Assembly (NCBI GenBank): GCA_047601445.1
Contig: JASGJH010000001.1
Span: forward strand, 4,608,001 to 4,672,000
Origin: Myxococcales bacterium
Lineage (GTDB): Bacteria; Myxococcota_A; Polyangia; Polyangiales; DASUME01
Direction of reading: 5' to 3'
Length of the DNA: 64,000 nt
Below the pieces are notes generated by a model. That model did not search any database, was not told the origin of the DNA, and saw nothing but the letters and a program-made list of their open reading frames with translations. The position numbers were made by a program, and so were the translations under genes. Position 1 is the first letter of the stretch, and every line of letters begins with the position of its first letter. Below are positions 11,379 to 21,088 of this stretch, piece by piece.

Positions 11379-12704
11379 ATGAACCAGCTCAAACCTCCGT
11401 CTGCTCCGATGATGCGGGCACGTCCGCCGCTCGCAGCGCTGATCGCAGCGTCGCTCGCCGTGAGCGTTGGGGTCGGACAACTCGTCAGTCGCGCGGGTGC
11501 CGACACCGCCACGATCAAGGCCGAGACCTGGGGCGAGTCCGTGGGCTTCAAGCCCGACCTGCAGAGCATTCCCGTTCAGCCCGGCGCCACCGTCGACAAG
11601 AGCAACGTGGCCACGCTCAAGGGTTTGGTCCCCGCTGGCCTCGAGACGCTGATCAGCAAGTACAACCTCACGCTCAAAGTGGTCCCCTACGTTCCATTCC
11701 GGCCCTCCGACGGCTACATCGCGGCCACCAACGAAAATCGCGGCAAGACGCGGCTCAAGGACGTCGGGAAGGAGTTTCGTACTTCGGGCCGCAACGACTT
11801 CTTCCCCGGCCTCCCCTTCCCACAGCCCAAGACCGGGCTCGAAGTGGCGGCCAATTTCCTGGGTCGCTACGGCGGAGACGATTTCGAGGTCTACTACGAC
11901 ACGCTGTGGATCTCGGCCAAATCGGGCGTAGAGCACACGGAGTACTGGCACTGGGCCTCGGTCAAGGGCGTCAACCGCACGGACATCGACCCCCGGCCGC
12001 GCATTCAAGAGATCGCAGACCAGCGCATGGTGGGGACGTCGTACACAGAGGCCATCGAGCCCTACGACAAGAAGGGCTTCGGAGCGCTGTATTCGAGCTC
12101 CTTCGATCCAGTGGACATCCAGGGGCACGTGTACGTGCCGGCCATGCGACGCGTGTTGCGCAACTCGTTCGGCACGCGGGGCGACTCCTGGAACGCCACC
12201 GATTTCCTGTACGAGGACGTGAACGGGTACCTGGGTGCCGTGGAGTGGATGAACTGGAAGCTCGAGGGCAAGAAGACGATGCTGATGCCGGCACACCCGG
12301 GCGTGAAGCACGGCAACGACCCGAAGCTCACCTACGATCTCGATCGCTTTCCGCACTGGAACCCGAAGATCAACTGGGAGGCACGCCCGGTATACGTGCT
12401 CTCCGCGACCCCGAAATTCCCGGACTATCCCTACAGCCGCATGCTCATGGTGGTCGATGCGGAGTCCTACGTGATGTATTACAAGGAAGCCTTCGACAAG
12501 AAGGGCGAGCTCTGGAAGATCATTCTCTCCGCGCCCAAGGAGTCGCCTGACCCCAAGACGCAACCGGGGCAAATGGGCGCGAGTTGTGCGATTGATTTGC
12601 AAGCCGAGCACGCCACCTGCGTGCATGCGCGCAAGGCGCGCGCGAACTCGGGCCAAGACTTGAGCAAGTTCACCGTGAGCGCGCTGCGCAAGCGGGGACA
12701 CTGA
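11379..12704 (+). CDS. DUF1329 family periplasmic protein
   Basis: Signal peptide; GLPFPQPKTGLEV, YVPAMRRV, NWKLEGKK, WEARPVYV, YPYSR, FDKKGELWK motifs. Confidence 0.85.
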   Translation: MNQLKPPSAPMMRARPPLAALIAASLAVSVGVGQLVSRAGADTATIKAETWGESVGFKPDLQSIPVQPGATVDKSNVATLKGLVPAGLETLISKYNLTLKVVPYVPFRPSDGYIAATNENRGKTRLKDVGKEFRTSGRNDFFPGLPFPQPKTGLEVAANFLGRYGGDDFEVYYDTLWISAKSGVEHTEYWHWASVKGVNRTDIDPRPRIQEIADQRMVGTSYTEAIEPYDKKGFGALYSSSFDPVDIQGHVYVPAMRRVLRNSFGTRGDSWNATDFLYEDVNGYLGAVEWMNWKLEGKKTMLMPAHPGVKHGNDPKLTYDLDRFPHWNPKINWEARPVYVLSATPKFPDYPYSRMLMVVDAESYVMYYKEAFDKKGELWKIILSAPKESPDPKTQPGQMGASCAIDLQAEHATCVHARKARANSGQDLSKFTVSALRKRGH

Positions 12705-12722
12705 AGCGGCGGCGTCCTTCCC

Positions 12723-13862
12723 ATGGGGTTATCCAATCTCGATCGCATTCGTCGCCAACGCGTACGGCTCGCGCTGGTGCTCGTGTCGTGGACCGTGCTA
12801 GCAGTCGGTTCGGCTCGCGGGGAGCCCGTGCAGCGCCTCTCGTTTCGTGACCGTCTCTACGACGCCACGCTGCATCAGAGCACGCTGTGGGTGGTCGGCT
12901 ATCCAGGCATTCTGCTGCGCTCCGAGGACGGCGGCGCGAGCTTCTCCCGCGTGAGCGTGCCGACTCACGAGGCGCTGTTCGCGATCGATTTCAACGAGCA
13001 AGGCCTCGGTGCCATCGTGGGACGCTCGGGCACGTTGCTCGTGAGCCTCGACCATGGCGCCAGCTGGACGTTGAAGCTGGCTCAGCAGGCGCAGGCACCC
13101 GACGTGCCCTCGGAGGGCACCAGCGCCCCACCGAACGCAGTTTCGCAGCAGCCTGCCGTGCACCTGTTCGGAGTCGACGTGCTGGAGAACGGCACGCTGG
13201 TGGCTGTGGGGGACTTCGGAACCGTGTTGCGAAGCCAGGATCGCGGCGAGAGCTGGCAGGCCTGCGAAGTCGCGACCGAGCTCACGTCCGGCGCTGTCCC
13301 GGATGCGCGCCGCCGAGACGCTGAGGGCGAGCTCTCGGGCATCGGTGGCGCAAGCGCCGAGACGGAGAACGAGGGCGAGGCGGCACGCCTATCGAGCGTT
13401 TCCTTCGGAGACGACACGCACGGCTTCATCGTGGGGGAGTTCGGCTGGATCTTGGCCAGCTCCGACGGTGGCCGCAGCTGGCGCCGCCAGGCGAGTGGCT
13501 CCGACAAGTTGCTGTTCTCGGTGCGCGCTCGTTCCCCCGTGACCGCCATCGCCGTCGGCAGTGAGGGTACGGTGCTGGAGACCCGAGACGCCGGCGCGAG
13601 CTGGCAGGCACGGCCGCACGGTGAATCACGCCACCTGTTCGACGTGGCTTGCCAGGACGCGCGCTGTGCTGCCACCGGACAAGAGGGGCTGGTGATGCTG
13701 TGGGAGGGCGACGGTCCCCCCATCTCGCTCGCGAGCGAGGCGCTGGCGCCGCTCTCCGCCGTGGCGTTCGCAGGCCGCGCTTTGGTGGTCGCAGGCAAAC
13801 GAGGCTACGTGCTGCGCGCGGCTCCCGGGGCCCACCAGTTGACCCGCGTGTTGGGAGAGTGA
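12723..13862 (+). CDS. YCF48/BNR-repeat beta-propeller protein
   Basis: Repeated Asp-boxes (SEDGGASF, SLDHGASW, SQDRGESW, SSDGGRSW, TRDAGASW), each preceded by VG..G. Confidence 0.88.
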   Translation: MGLSNLDRIRRQRVRLALVLVSWTVLAVGSARGEPVQRLSFRDRLYDATLHQSTLWVVGYPGILLRSEDGGASFSRVSVPTHEALFAIDFNEQGLGAIVGRSGTLLVSLDHGASWTLKLAQQAQAPDVPSEGTSAPPNAVSQQPAVHLFGVDVLENGTLVAVGDFGTVLRSQDRGESWQACEVATELTSGAVPDARRRDAEGELSGIGGASAETENEGEAARLSSVSFGDDTHGFIVGEFGWILASSDGGRSWRRQASGSDKLLFSVRARSPVTAIAVGSEGTVLETRDAGASWQARPHGESRHLFDVACQDARCAATGQEGLVMLWEGDGPPISLASEALAPLSAVAFAGRALVVAGKRGYVLRAAPGAHQLTRVLGE

Positions 13863-13865
13863 GCC

Positions 13866-16277
13866 ATGGCCGAGTCCTTTTACGCCCTGTTGTTTCGAGC
13901 ACGCATGTTCGTGCTCGCGAGCCTGGCCGTGCTGAGCGTGGCGATGGGCTTCTGCTGGAGCGCGGTGAAGGTCGAGAGCCGCACCATCGACCTGTTCCCG
14001 GCCACCCATCCCTACGTGGAGACCTTCAAGAAGTACAGTGACGTGTTCGGTGGCGCGAGCCGGGTGGTGATTCAGCTGCAGGTCAAGCAGGGCACCATCT
14101 TCGAACGCGACACGCTGGAGAAGATCCGCCGCATCACCAAGCAAGTGGAGCTCTTGCCGGCCATCAACAACTACCAGGTTCTGTCGATCGCCCAGCGCAA
14201 GGCCAAAGAGCTACAGAACGACTCGAGCGCAGGCTTCCGCGCCGTGCCCGTGATGTGGCCCGAAATCCCCCAAAGCGAAGCGGAGATCGCGAACCTGAAG
14301 CGGCGCATCCTCGCCAACCGCCGGCTTTACGGCACGCTGGTCTCGCTCGACACCAGCGCCACGTTGATCGTGGCCGGCTTCTTCGAGGATAGCCTGGACC
14401 CCAAGCGTCTCTATCAGCGCATCGACCGCATCATCCAGGCCGAGCGCGACGAGAACACCGAGATTCGCGCGATTGGTCGCCCGATGATGGTGGGCTTCAT
14501 CATGACCGAGTCGCCGAGGCTCTTCTTGATCATGGGCGTCACCGTGGCGTCGATGATCCTGTTGCTCGCGGCCTACTTCCGGAATTTGGCGGGGGTGCTG
14601 GTGCCCGTGTGCGCGGCGGGTCTGTCGGCGCTGTGCGGCATGGGGTTCGTGGGACTGGTGAGACACAACTTCGATCCCCTGGTGATGGTGATCCCGTTCA
14701 TCATCACGGCGCGCGCGCTCTCCCACTCGGTACAGATGGTGAACCGCTATCTGCTCGAGACGAGCCAGGGCAAGAACTCCTACGAGGCCGCCTTCGTGTG
14801 CGCCACGGCGCTCTTCAAGCCGGGCACGCTGGCCATCGTGACGGACGTGGTGGGCATTCTGCTCATCTATCTGGCGCCCATCCCGCTGCTGCAGAAGCTC
14901 TCGCTGATGGGGGCGGTGTGGTTCACCTCCATCTTCTTGAGCGGCATGGTGTTGTGCCCGCTGATGCTCTCGCTGTTGCCCGAGCCGAGCCCGCGCACAC
15001 GCAAGCCCAATGCATTCCTGCACGCGCTGTTGACGCGCCTGGGCGGCGTCTGTGTGGGCCCCCAGCGCTACACCGTGTTCGCGTGCTCGCTCTTGGCCAT
15101 GGCCCTGGGCTTCGTGTTCGCCAAGGACCTGGTGATCGGAGACGTGCACCCCGGGACGCCCATGCTGTGGCCCGACTCTCGCTACAACTCGGACACCGAG
15201 CGCATCGCCAGGACCTTCGGGAACACCGAGGAGCTGACGGTCGTGGTGGAGGGCGAGACGCGAGATGCCATCAAGACGCCCGCCGTGCTGCAAGCCATGG
15301 AGGCCTTTCAACGCCACATGGAGGAGCTCCCCGAGGTGGGCGCCACGTCGTCCCTCGCCGATCTGCTCCCGGGTTTGATCTCCATCCTGCACGGCGGCGA
15401 TCCCAAGTGGGAGCTCATCCCCACAGAGAAAGAGCAGAGCGCGTTTTTCCTGGAGATGATGTACAGCTCGGCTGACCCGGGCGACCTCACGCGTTTCGTC
15501 ACGGTCGACAGCAAGAACGCCAACATCGTGCTGTTCCTGCGTGACCACAAGGGCGAGACCCTGCGTCGGGTCGTCGCTCACGCGAAGCAGTTCATCACGC
15601 ACAACCCGGTGCGCGGCGCGGCGTTTCGCCTGGCCGGTGGCTACGGGGGCCTGCTCGCCGCCATCAACGAAGAGGTCACCGAGTTCGACGTGAAGATCAC
15701 CTTGGCCGCCTTCGGCGCCACCCTCGTCTGCTGCTGGTTGGCCTTTCGCTCGCTGTTCGCCAGCGTGTTTTTCCTGCTACCGCTGATCGGCTCCAACTAC
15801 ATGACCTACGCCCTGATGGGCGCGCGCGGCATCGGCCTCGACGTCAACGCGCTGCCCGTGGTGGCGCTGGGCGTGGGGCTCGGCGTCGACTACGGGCTGT
15901 ACGTGGTGGAGGCCGTACAGGAACACTACGACCGCGGATTGACGGTGAACGAGGCGGTGCTGCGGGGCATTCAGGATGCCGGTCAGGGCGTGCTGCTCAC
16001 GGGCCTCACCATGGCCTGCGGGCTCGCCTTCTGGGCCTTCTCGTTCCTGCGCTTTCAGGCGGATATGGGACTGCTGCTGTTGTTCTGGATGACCATGAGC
16101 ATGCTCGGTGGGCTCGTGCTCTTGCCCGCCGTGCTGGCGGCGCTCAAGCCGCGCTTCGTGTTCGGCGCGGCGCCACGCACTAGCCTCCCCGTGAGCGGCG
16201 ATACTCCGCGGGACTCTGGCCAGACCAGCGTCGAAACGCCCGCGAGAACGCAGCCGTCTCCGAGTAACCAAGCATGA
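13866..16277 (+). CDS. MMPL/RND family transporter
   Basis: 803 aa with two halves, each one TM, a periplasmic domain and about five TMs; ALSHSVQ and GLGVDYG TM4-type motifs. Confidence 0.9.
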   Translation: MAESFYALLFRARMFVLASLAVLSVAMGFCWSAVKVESRTIDLFPATHPYVETFKKYSDVFGGASRVVIQLQVKQGTIFERDTLEKIRRITKQVELLPAINNYQVLSIAQRKAKELQNDSSAGFRAVPVMWPEIPQSEAEIANLKRRILANRRLYGTLVSLDTSATLIVAGFFEDSLDPKRLYQRIDRIIQAERDENTEIRAIGRPMMVGFIMTESPRLFLIMGVTVASMILLLAAYFRNLAGVLVPVCAAGLSALCGMGFVGLVRHNFDPLVMVIPFIITARALSHSVQMVNRYLLETSQGKNSYEAAFVCATALFKPGTLAIVTDVVGILLIYLAPIPLLQKLSLMGAVWFTSIFLSGMVLCPLMLSLLPEPSPRTRKPNAFLHALLTRLGGVCVGPQRYTVFACSLLAMALGFVFAKDLVIGDVHPGTPMLWPDSRYNSDTERIARTFGNTEELTVVVEGETRDAIKTPAVLQAMEAFQRHMEELPEVGATSSLADLLPGLISILHGGDPKWELIPTEKEQSAFFLEMMYSSADPGDLTRFVTVDSKNANIVLFLRDHKGETLRRVVAHAKQFITHNPVRGAAFRLAGGYGGLLAAINEEVTEFDVKITLAAFGATLVCCWLAFRSLFASVFFLLPLIGSNYMTYALMGARGIGLDVNALPVVALGVGLGVDYGLYVVEAVQEHYDRGLTVNEAVLRGIQDAGQGVLLTGLTMACGLAFWAFSFLRFQADMGLLLLFWMTMSMLGGLVLLPAVLAALKPRFVFGAAPRTSLPVSGDTPRDSGQTSVETPARTQPSPSNQA

Positions 16278-17187
16278 ACGCGATCTGCTGAATGTCGGCG
16301 GACTTGCTCGACAGGTACTGATAAGCGAGCTCGCGGCGCGCCTGCTCGAGCAGATCCTTGTAGGTCACGCCCTCGCGCTCGAGGTGCCGTGTCAGCGTGC
16401 GTCGGCTCATGCCGAGTCGGGTCGCCACGTAATCGGCGTTCGTTTTGCCGGCGGGCAATAGGTTGAGCAACAGCTGGCGCACTTTGCCGGTGAGCCAGTC
16501 CGGCTCTGGGAGCTCGGAGATGAGATGCTCCGCGTGGCGACGCAGGACCGCGTTGAGCTTGGGGTCGGCGGACTTCATGGGCACTTCGAGCAGGGCGCTG
16601 TCGAAGGACACCGCGTCTTGAGCGGCCCCGAAGTGGATGGGCGCGTCGCCGAAGATGCGGCGGTACACGCCGAGCTCCCTGGGCTCTGCGTGAGTCAGCC
16701 AGATCTCGAAGGTGTCGAGGGAGCCGATCCAGGCGCGCGCGGCCACGCTCACGGTGGCTGCTTGAAAGTCGGAGGCTGCACGGTTGAGCGGCACGCGCGA
16801 GCGCAACTCCACGAAGGCGCGCCGCTCGCGGACTTGGAGCGAGAAGTCCGCCGCCTCGTTGACGAGCCGGATGTACCGCAGCATCAACTCGAGCGCCTCG
16901 CCCCAGTTGGAAGCCGAGCGCCCAGCGTATTCGATGACGTCGTAGCCGCCGCGCTCCACGCGCAGGACGGCCTTGAGGCCGAGATCAGGATCGCCCGACA
17001 CCTGCACGGCCGAGTCGAGCCAACGCAGGAGTCGACTCACCGGCAAGCGATCGTCGGGCGCCATCGCCGAGAGCTTGGCGATCAGGCCCTCGGAGATGCC
17101 CTTTTGTCCGCTCACGACCTTGAGGAACGGAAGCACGAGCCGCAGCGAAAAGCAGGGTTCGAGCGTCGGGTAGGAGGTCACGGGCAA
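16180..17187 (-). CDS. AraC family transcriptional regulator (long N-terminal ligand domain, OruR/VqsM-like)
   Basis: GDPDLGL N-domain; VATRLGMSRRTLTRHL and IAFMLGYSETAAFSRAFRRWSGQSP double HTH. Confidence 0.92.
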   Translation of the reverse strand: MPVTSYPTLEPCFSLRLVLPFLKVVSGQKGISEGLIAKLSAMAPDDRLPVSRLLRWLDSAVQVSGDPDLGLKAVLRVERGGYDVIEYAGRSASNWGEALELMLRYIRLVNEAADFSLQVRERRAFVELRSRVPLNRAASDFQAATVSVAARAWIGSLDTFEIWLTHAEPRELGVYRRIFGDAPIHFGAAQDAVSFDSALLEVPMKSADPKLNAVLRRHAEHLISELPEPDWLTGKVRQLLLNLLPAGKTNADYVATRLGMSRRTLTRHLEREGVTYKDLLEQARRELAYQYLSSKSADIQQIAFMLGYSETAAFSRAFRRWSGQSPAEYRRSRGG

Positions 17188-17415
17188 GCAGAATAGCTCG
17201 ATTCGAGGTCGTCCCGAAATGGGGTCTCGGGCAGTCTACCGCTTCCCACGGGGCTGGCCAGACTCCGTTCCGAGTCTTCTGGATCGGCCTTTTTTCACGA
17301 GTCGGGCGCGTGCCTGCGCGCAGCTTCGAGTTGCACGGGCGGCAGCTCGTTCCTCGAGCGCATCAAGCACCGGGCGGCGTGCGTCGTCGTCCCCGCAGAG
17401 AGGTCTTTTCCGAAG

Positions 17416-17858
17416 ATGAATCCCGACCTGCGTCTTTGCTTCGCGCGCGCACTGGAGTGCGTGCCTGCTTCGTCGGCTCGTGGGAGGTCCGGTGTCCGGG
17501 GGCTGACTCCGTGGTTGCTGGCGTTCAGCACATCGCTCGCGTCCAGCTCGGCGTTCGCACGACAGCCGGTGTCAGCAGAGCCCACGGCCAACGACGCCCC
17601 AGCGGAGACTAACGTCCCGACCCCAGCGGCCCCGCCTCCTCCTCAACTTCGGGCATCCGGCAACGCCACCGGTCCTGCCCTGCTCTCGCACAGCTCGACA
17701 CCAATGGGCAGGACGCGGGTGGCCACTTGTCCGCAAAGCTCACGCTGGGCAACCACGCGTTCACGGCCACGGGCGGCTTCGCCGCCGTGTTGCGTCCGTC
17801 GCACGTGGTCCCCGGCTACTCCGCCGCGGTCCAGTTCGGCTCCATGTACCAGTTCTGA
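17416..17858 (+). pseudogene. Frameshifted or collapsed outer-membrane beta-strand protein
   Basis: Signal-peptide-like LTPWLLAFSTSLASSSAFA plus Pro-rich linker in one frame; after a shift between 17613 and 17685, LAQLDT..GGHLSAKLTL..HAFTATGGF..YSAAVQFGSMYQF*. Confidence 0.4.
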
Positions 17859-17883
17859 GCAAGGGCACGCAGGCCCCCCGGGC

Positions 17884-18762
17884 TCAGAACAGGATCAGGG
17901 CGGGCAGGCGGAAGATCAGGAATGCGTGCGTGCGGTTTCCGTCATTGTTGGTGAACGCGGAGCGACCGTCCGCTGGATCGAACCACATCCAGCGCGCAGC
18001 GGCGTCGATGCCCGGCACCCCGGCGTCGTCCACCTGACACACGATGGGGAACTCCCCGCTCGCGTCGTCGTTGGCCTCGCCCTGGGCAAGCTTGCCGATG
18101 GCCCCCGACGTGGCGGCACCCGAGACATCCACCCAGCCCTTGCTGAAGGTGGCCCCAGCGGCGCCCGCGTTGCAGGCCTTCAAGTACTCATTGACGGTGG
18201 CCTGATCCGGACCCGGCGTGCTGTTTGGATCGTACTCCTTGCCGGTGGCGCACACCTGCCAGGCTTCATCGCCGCTGTAGATGGTGCCGCCGTGGTCGCG
18301 CTTGAACTGCGCCAGCGTGCCTTGCGTATAGTCGCGGTCGGCCCAGGCGACGATGTAGAGGTAGGCGTCCTCGGGCGCATCAGCGCCGGGCACCACGAAG
18401 GTCTGCGGACCGTAGCCCACGGGGCAATCGAAGATCATGCCGGCGCCGGAGGCGACCCCGGGTACGAAGGTGTAGATGCCGCCTTCGTCGCCGTAGCCGA
18501 AGCTGAAGGCGTTGTCTGAAGTGATGGCGACCTGCACGTCGCCGGGGACGACGGGTTCGGCCGCGCTGGCGTCTTGCTCGTCGGAGTCGGAGCCCGCATC
18601 GAAGCCGTCGTCGGTCTCGGGCTGGGCAGGTGCATTGGCGTCCGCGCTCGAGCCGTCATCAGAGGTGGCCGGCGAGCGCTGAGCTTGGGTCGCTTCGTCG
18701 GAGGGAGAGGCGCATGCCACGAGCAGCGCACACGCCGAGAAGGAAAGGATGGACTTACGCAT
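17884..18762 (-). CDS. Lipoprotein with acidic linker and probable beta-sandwich (lectin-like) domain
   Basis: MRKSILSFSACALLVAC lipobox; D/A-rich linker; ITSDNAF, YLYIVAW, AARWMWF motifs. Confidence 0.7.
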   Translation of the reverse strand: MRKSILSFSACALLVACASPSDEATQAQRSPATSDDGSSADANAPAQPETDDGFDAGSDSDEQDASAAEPVVPGDVQVAITSDNAFSFGYGDEGGIYTFVPGVASGAGMIFDCPVGYGPQTFVVPGADAPEDAYLYIVAWADRDYTQGTLAQFKRDHGGTIYSGDEAWQVCATGKEYDPNSTPGPDQATVNEYLKACNAGAAGATFSKGWVDVSGAATSGAIGKLAQGEANDDASGEFPIVCQVDDAGVPGIDAAARWMWFDPADGRSAFTNNDGNRTHAFLIFRLPALILF

Positions 18763-18966
18763 GCGCGGCATGGAGCCACAGCCGCGCCGCGACCCGCAAC
18801 GACGTGTGAGCCTCACAGCGGGGCACACTCCCACCGCATGCGGACCCCTTCTCCGACCCATCGAGGGCGTTTTGCGCGAGCAGCCCCGTGCGCAGGCGGG
18901 CGAACGCGGGCGAAAACTCACTCGGCTGCGTTAGCAGGACCTCGAGCTTCGCAGCGCGCTTTTCCT

Positions 18967-20898
18967 TCAAGCTAGAGCGTCTCGAATGGCCGCCGCGAGC
19001 TCACCGCGTCGATACGGCTTCTTGAGGAAGCTCTTCACGCCCTTCTCGTTGAGCTCCACCATCACCGACTCCTTGGTGAAGCCGGAGCACATCACCACGC
19101 GCACCCTGGGATTGAAGGCTCGAATGGCCTCGAAGCAGGCGCGACCTCCCATGCGCGGCATCACCACGTCGAGCAGCACCGCGGCGATGCGCTCGCCCTC
19201 CTTGCGGTAGATCTCCAGCGCCTCCAGGCCATCGCGGGCCGTGAGCACCTGGTAGCCGAGCTCCTCCAACATCAGCCCGGCAGTCATGCGGATGACCTCC
19301 TCGTCGTCCACCACCAGCACGGTGCCCGTCCCGCGCGGGGCATCGTCCGCCGGCAAGCGCGCGCGTTCGGCCCCCTTGCCGTGCGCGGGGAACAGCAAAT
19401 GGAAGACGGTACCTTCGCCCGGTTCGCTGTAGACCTGGATCGACCCCTGATGCTCGAGCACGGTGCCATACACGGCGGAGAGACCGAGTCCCGTGCCTTC
19501 ACCGATGGGCTTGGTGGTGTAGAACGGCTCGAAGATGTGCTCCTGCTGGCCCGGATCGATGCCCACGCCAGTGTCGCTGACGCTGATCTGCACGTACTCG
19601 CCGGGCTGGATCTCGAAGGCGCTGGTGGAGCAGTAGGCCTGGTCGAGCAGGCGGTTCTCGGTGCGAATGGTGAGCACGCCGCCGCGGGGCATGGCGTCGC
19701 GAGCGTTCAGGGCGAGGTTGAGCAGCGCCGTTTGCAGCTCGCTCGGATCGCCGCGCAAAAGCGAGTGTTCGGCCAGGCGCTCGATCACGATCTCCACGCT
19801 GCGATCGATGGACCTGCGGGCGATAGCGACCACGTCGTCGATGGCTTCGTGGATGTCGACCTCGCGCAGCTGCAGCTTGCCGCGCCGTGAAAACGCGAGG
19901 AGCTTGCTGGTGAGCTCCGTGGCGCGCTCCGAGGTCCGCAAGATGAGGCTCGCGAAGTTACGCTGCGTAGGCTGCTTGGCGAGATCCCGCTGGAGGAGCT
20001 CGGCGGCGCCGATGATGCCGCCCAACATGTTGTTGAAGTCGTGGGCGATGCCGCCCGCAAGCTGGCCGATGGAGTCCATCTTTTGCGCGTGGCGCAGCCG
20101 GTCCTCCACCTGCTTCTCGAGGGTGACGTCGCGGATCACCAGCACCACCCCGTGGAACGTGCCCTCGCGGTCCAAAATGGGCGAGGCGGTCTCGACGATG
20201 TTGCTAGCCTCGTCCTCGTGGCGGCGCAGGAGGAGATCGCGCGAATTGCGGGCGTTGCGCGAGGCGAGCAGCTCACTGAGGTCGCGATATTGCTCGGAGC
20301 CGTCACTACGCCAGGCTCGATAAACGCGGTTGAGCGGCAGGCCCACCGCGGTCTCCAGGGAGAATCCCGTGAGCGCCGCGGCTACCGGGTTCATGCGCGC
20401 CACGCGCCCCTCGGCGTCGGTGGCGATCACGCCCTCGGCAATGGAATCGAGGATGGTGCGCAGCTTGAACTCGTGATCCGCCAGTGTGAGCTCTGCTTGC
20501 TTGCGCGACGTGATGTCCTCGAAGGTGCCGAGGATGCCCACGACCTCACCGCTCTCGTCGAGCAAGGGCACCTTGTTGGTCTCGAGCCAGATCTGCTTCC
20601 CGTCGGCCTGCCGTAGCGGCTCGATGATGTGGTACTCCGGCTTGCCCGACTCCATCACACGCTGATCGACGGCCCGGAAGAACTCCGCCTCTTCCCGCTT
20701 CCAGGCCAGGTCGAAGTCCGTCTTGCCGACGATGTTTTCGGGCTCTCCGACGCCCGCGGCGCGCGCGAAGTTGCGGTTGCAACCGAGGAAAACCGACTGC
20801 CGGTCCTTCCAGAAGATGAACTGCGGAATGTTGTCCATCACGAGCTGCAGGAGCTCGACTGGATAGGCGTCTGGACGGATGGGTTTGCGGAGGACCAT
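18967..20898 (-). CDS. Cytoplasmic hybrid histidine kinase (2 PAS, HisKA, HATPase, REC)
   Basis: [55 protein letters not shown]. Confidence 0.95.
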   Translation of the reverse strand: MVLRKPIRPDAYPVELLQLVMDNIPQFIFWKDRQSVFLGCNRNFARAAGVGEPENIVGKTDFDLAWKREEAEFFRAVDQRVMESGKPEYHIIEPLRQADGKQIWLETNKVPLLDESGEVVGILGTFEDITSRKQAELTLADHEFKLRTILDSIAEGVIATDAEGRVARMNPVAAALTGFSLETAVGLPLNRVYRAWRSDGSEQYRDLSELLASRNARNSRDLLLRRHEDEASNIVETASPILDREGTFHGVVLVIRDVTLEKQVEDRLRHAQKMDSIGQLAGGIAHDFNNMLGGIIGAAELLQRDLAKQPTQRNFASLILRTSERATELTSKLLAFSRRGKLQLREVDIHEAIDDVVAIARRSIDRSVEIVIERLAEHSLLRGDPSELQTALLNLALNARDAMPRGGVLTIRTENRLLDQAYCSTSAFEIQPGEYVQISVSDTGVGIDPGQQEHIFEPFYTTKPIGEGTGLGLSAVYGTVLEHQGSIQVYSEPGEGTVFHLLFPAHGKGAERARLPADDAPRGTGTVLVVDDEEVIRMTAGLMLEELGYQVLTARDGLEALEIYRKEGERIAAVLLDVVMPRMGGRACFEAIRAFNPRVRVVMCSGFTKESVMVELNEKGVKSFLKKPYRRGELAAAIRDALA

Positions 20899-21088
20899 GA
20901 GGTGATTTGGGTGCGAGAAAACTACCACGTAGTGCGTGGACCCGCCCTGCTTGGGTCGACCTACTTCGGGCAGACACGAGGGGCTCCAGACGGTGGAAAC
21001 CGGTGTGCCAGGGCACCTAACGACTGGATTCCCGTATCTGAATACCCCATCTTAGGTCGATGATCGATGGGATGAGGCTCGGCGACGG

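Noticed and set aside
20995..21010. Sigma-54-like TGGCACACCGGTTTCC upstream of the PAS kinase
   Set aside because: The -12 element reads TTTC and lacks the conserved GC.
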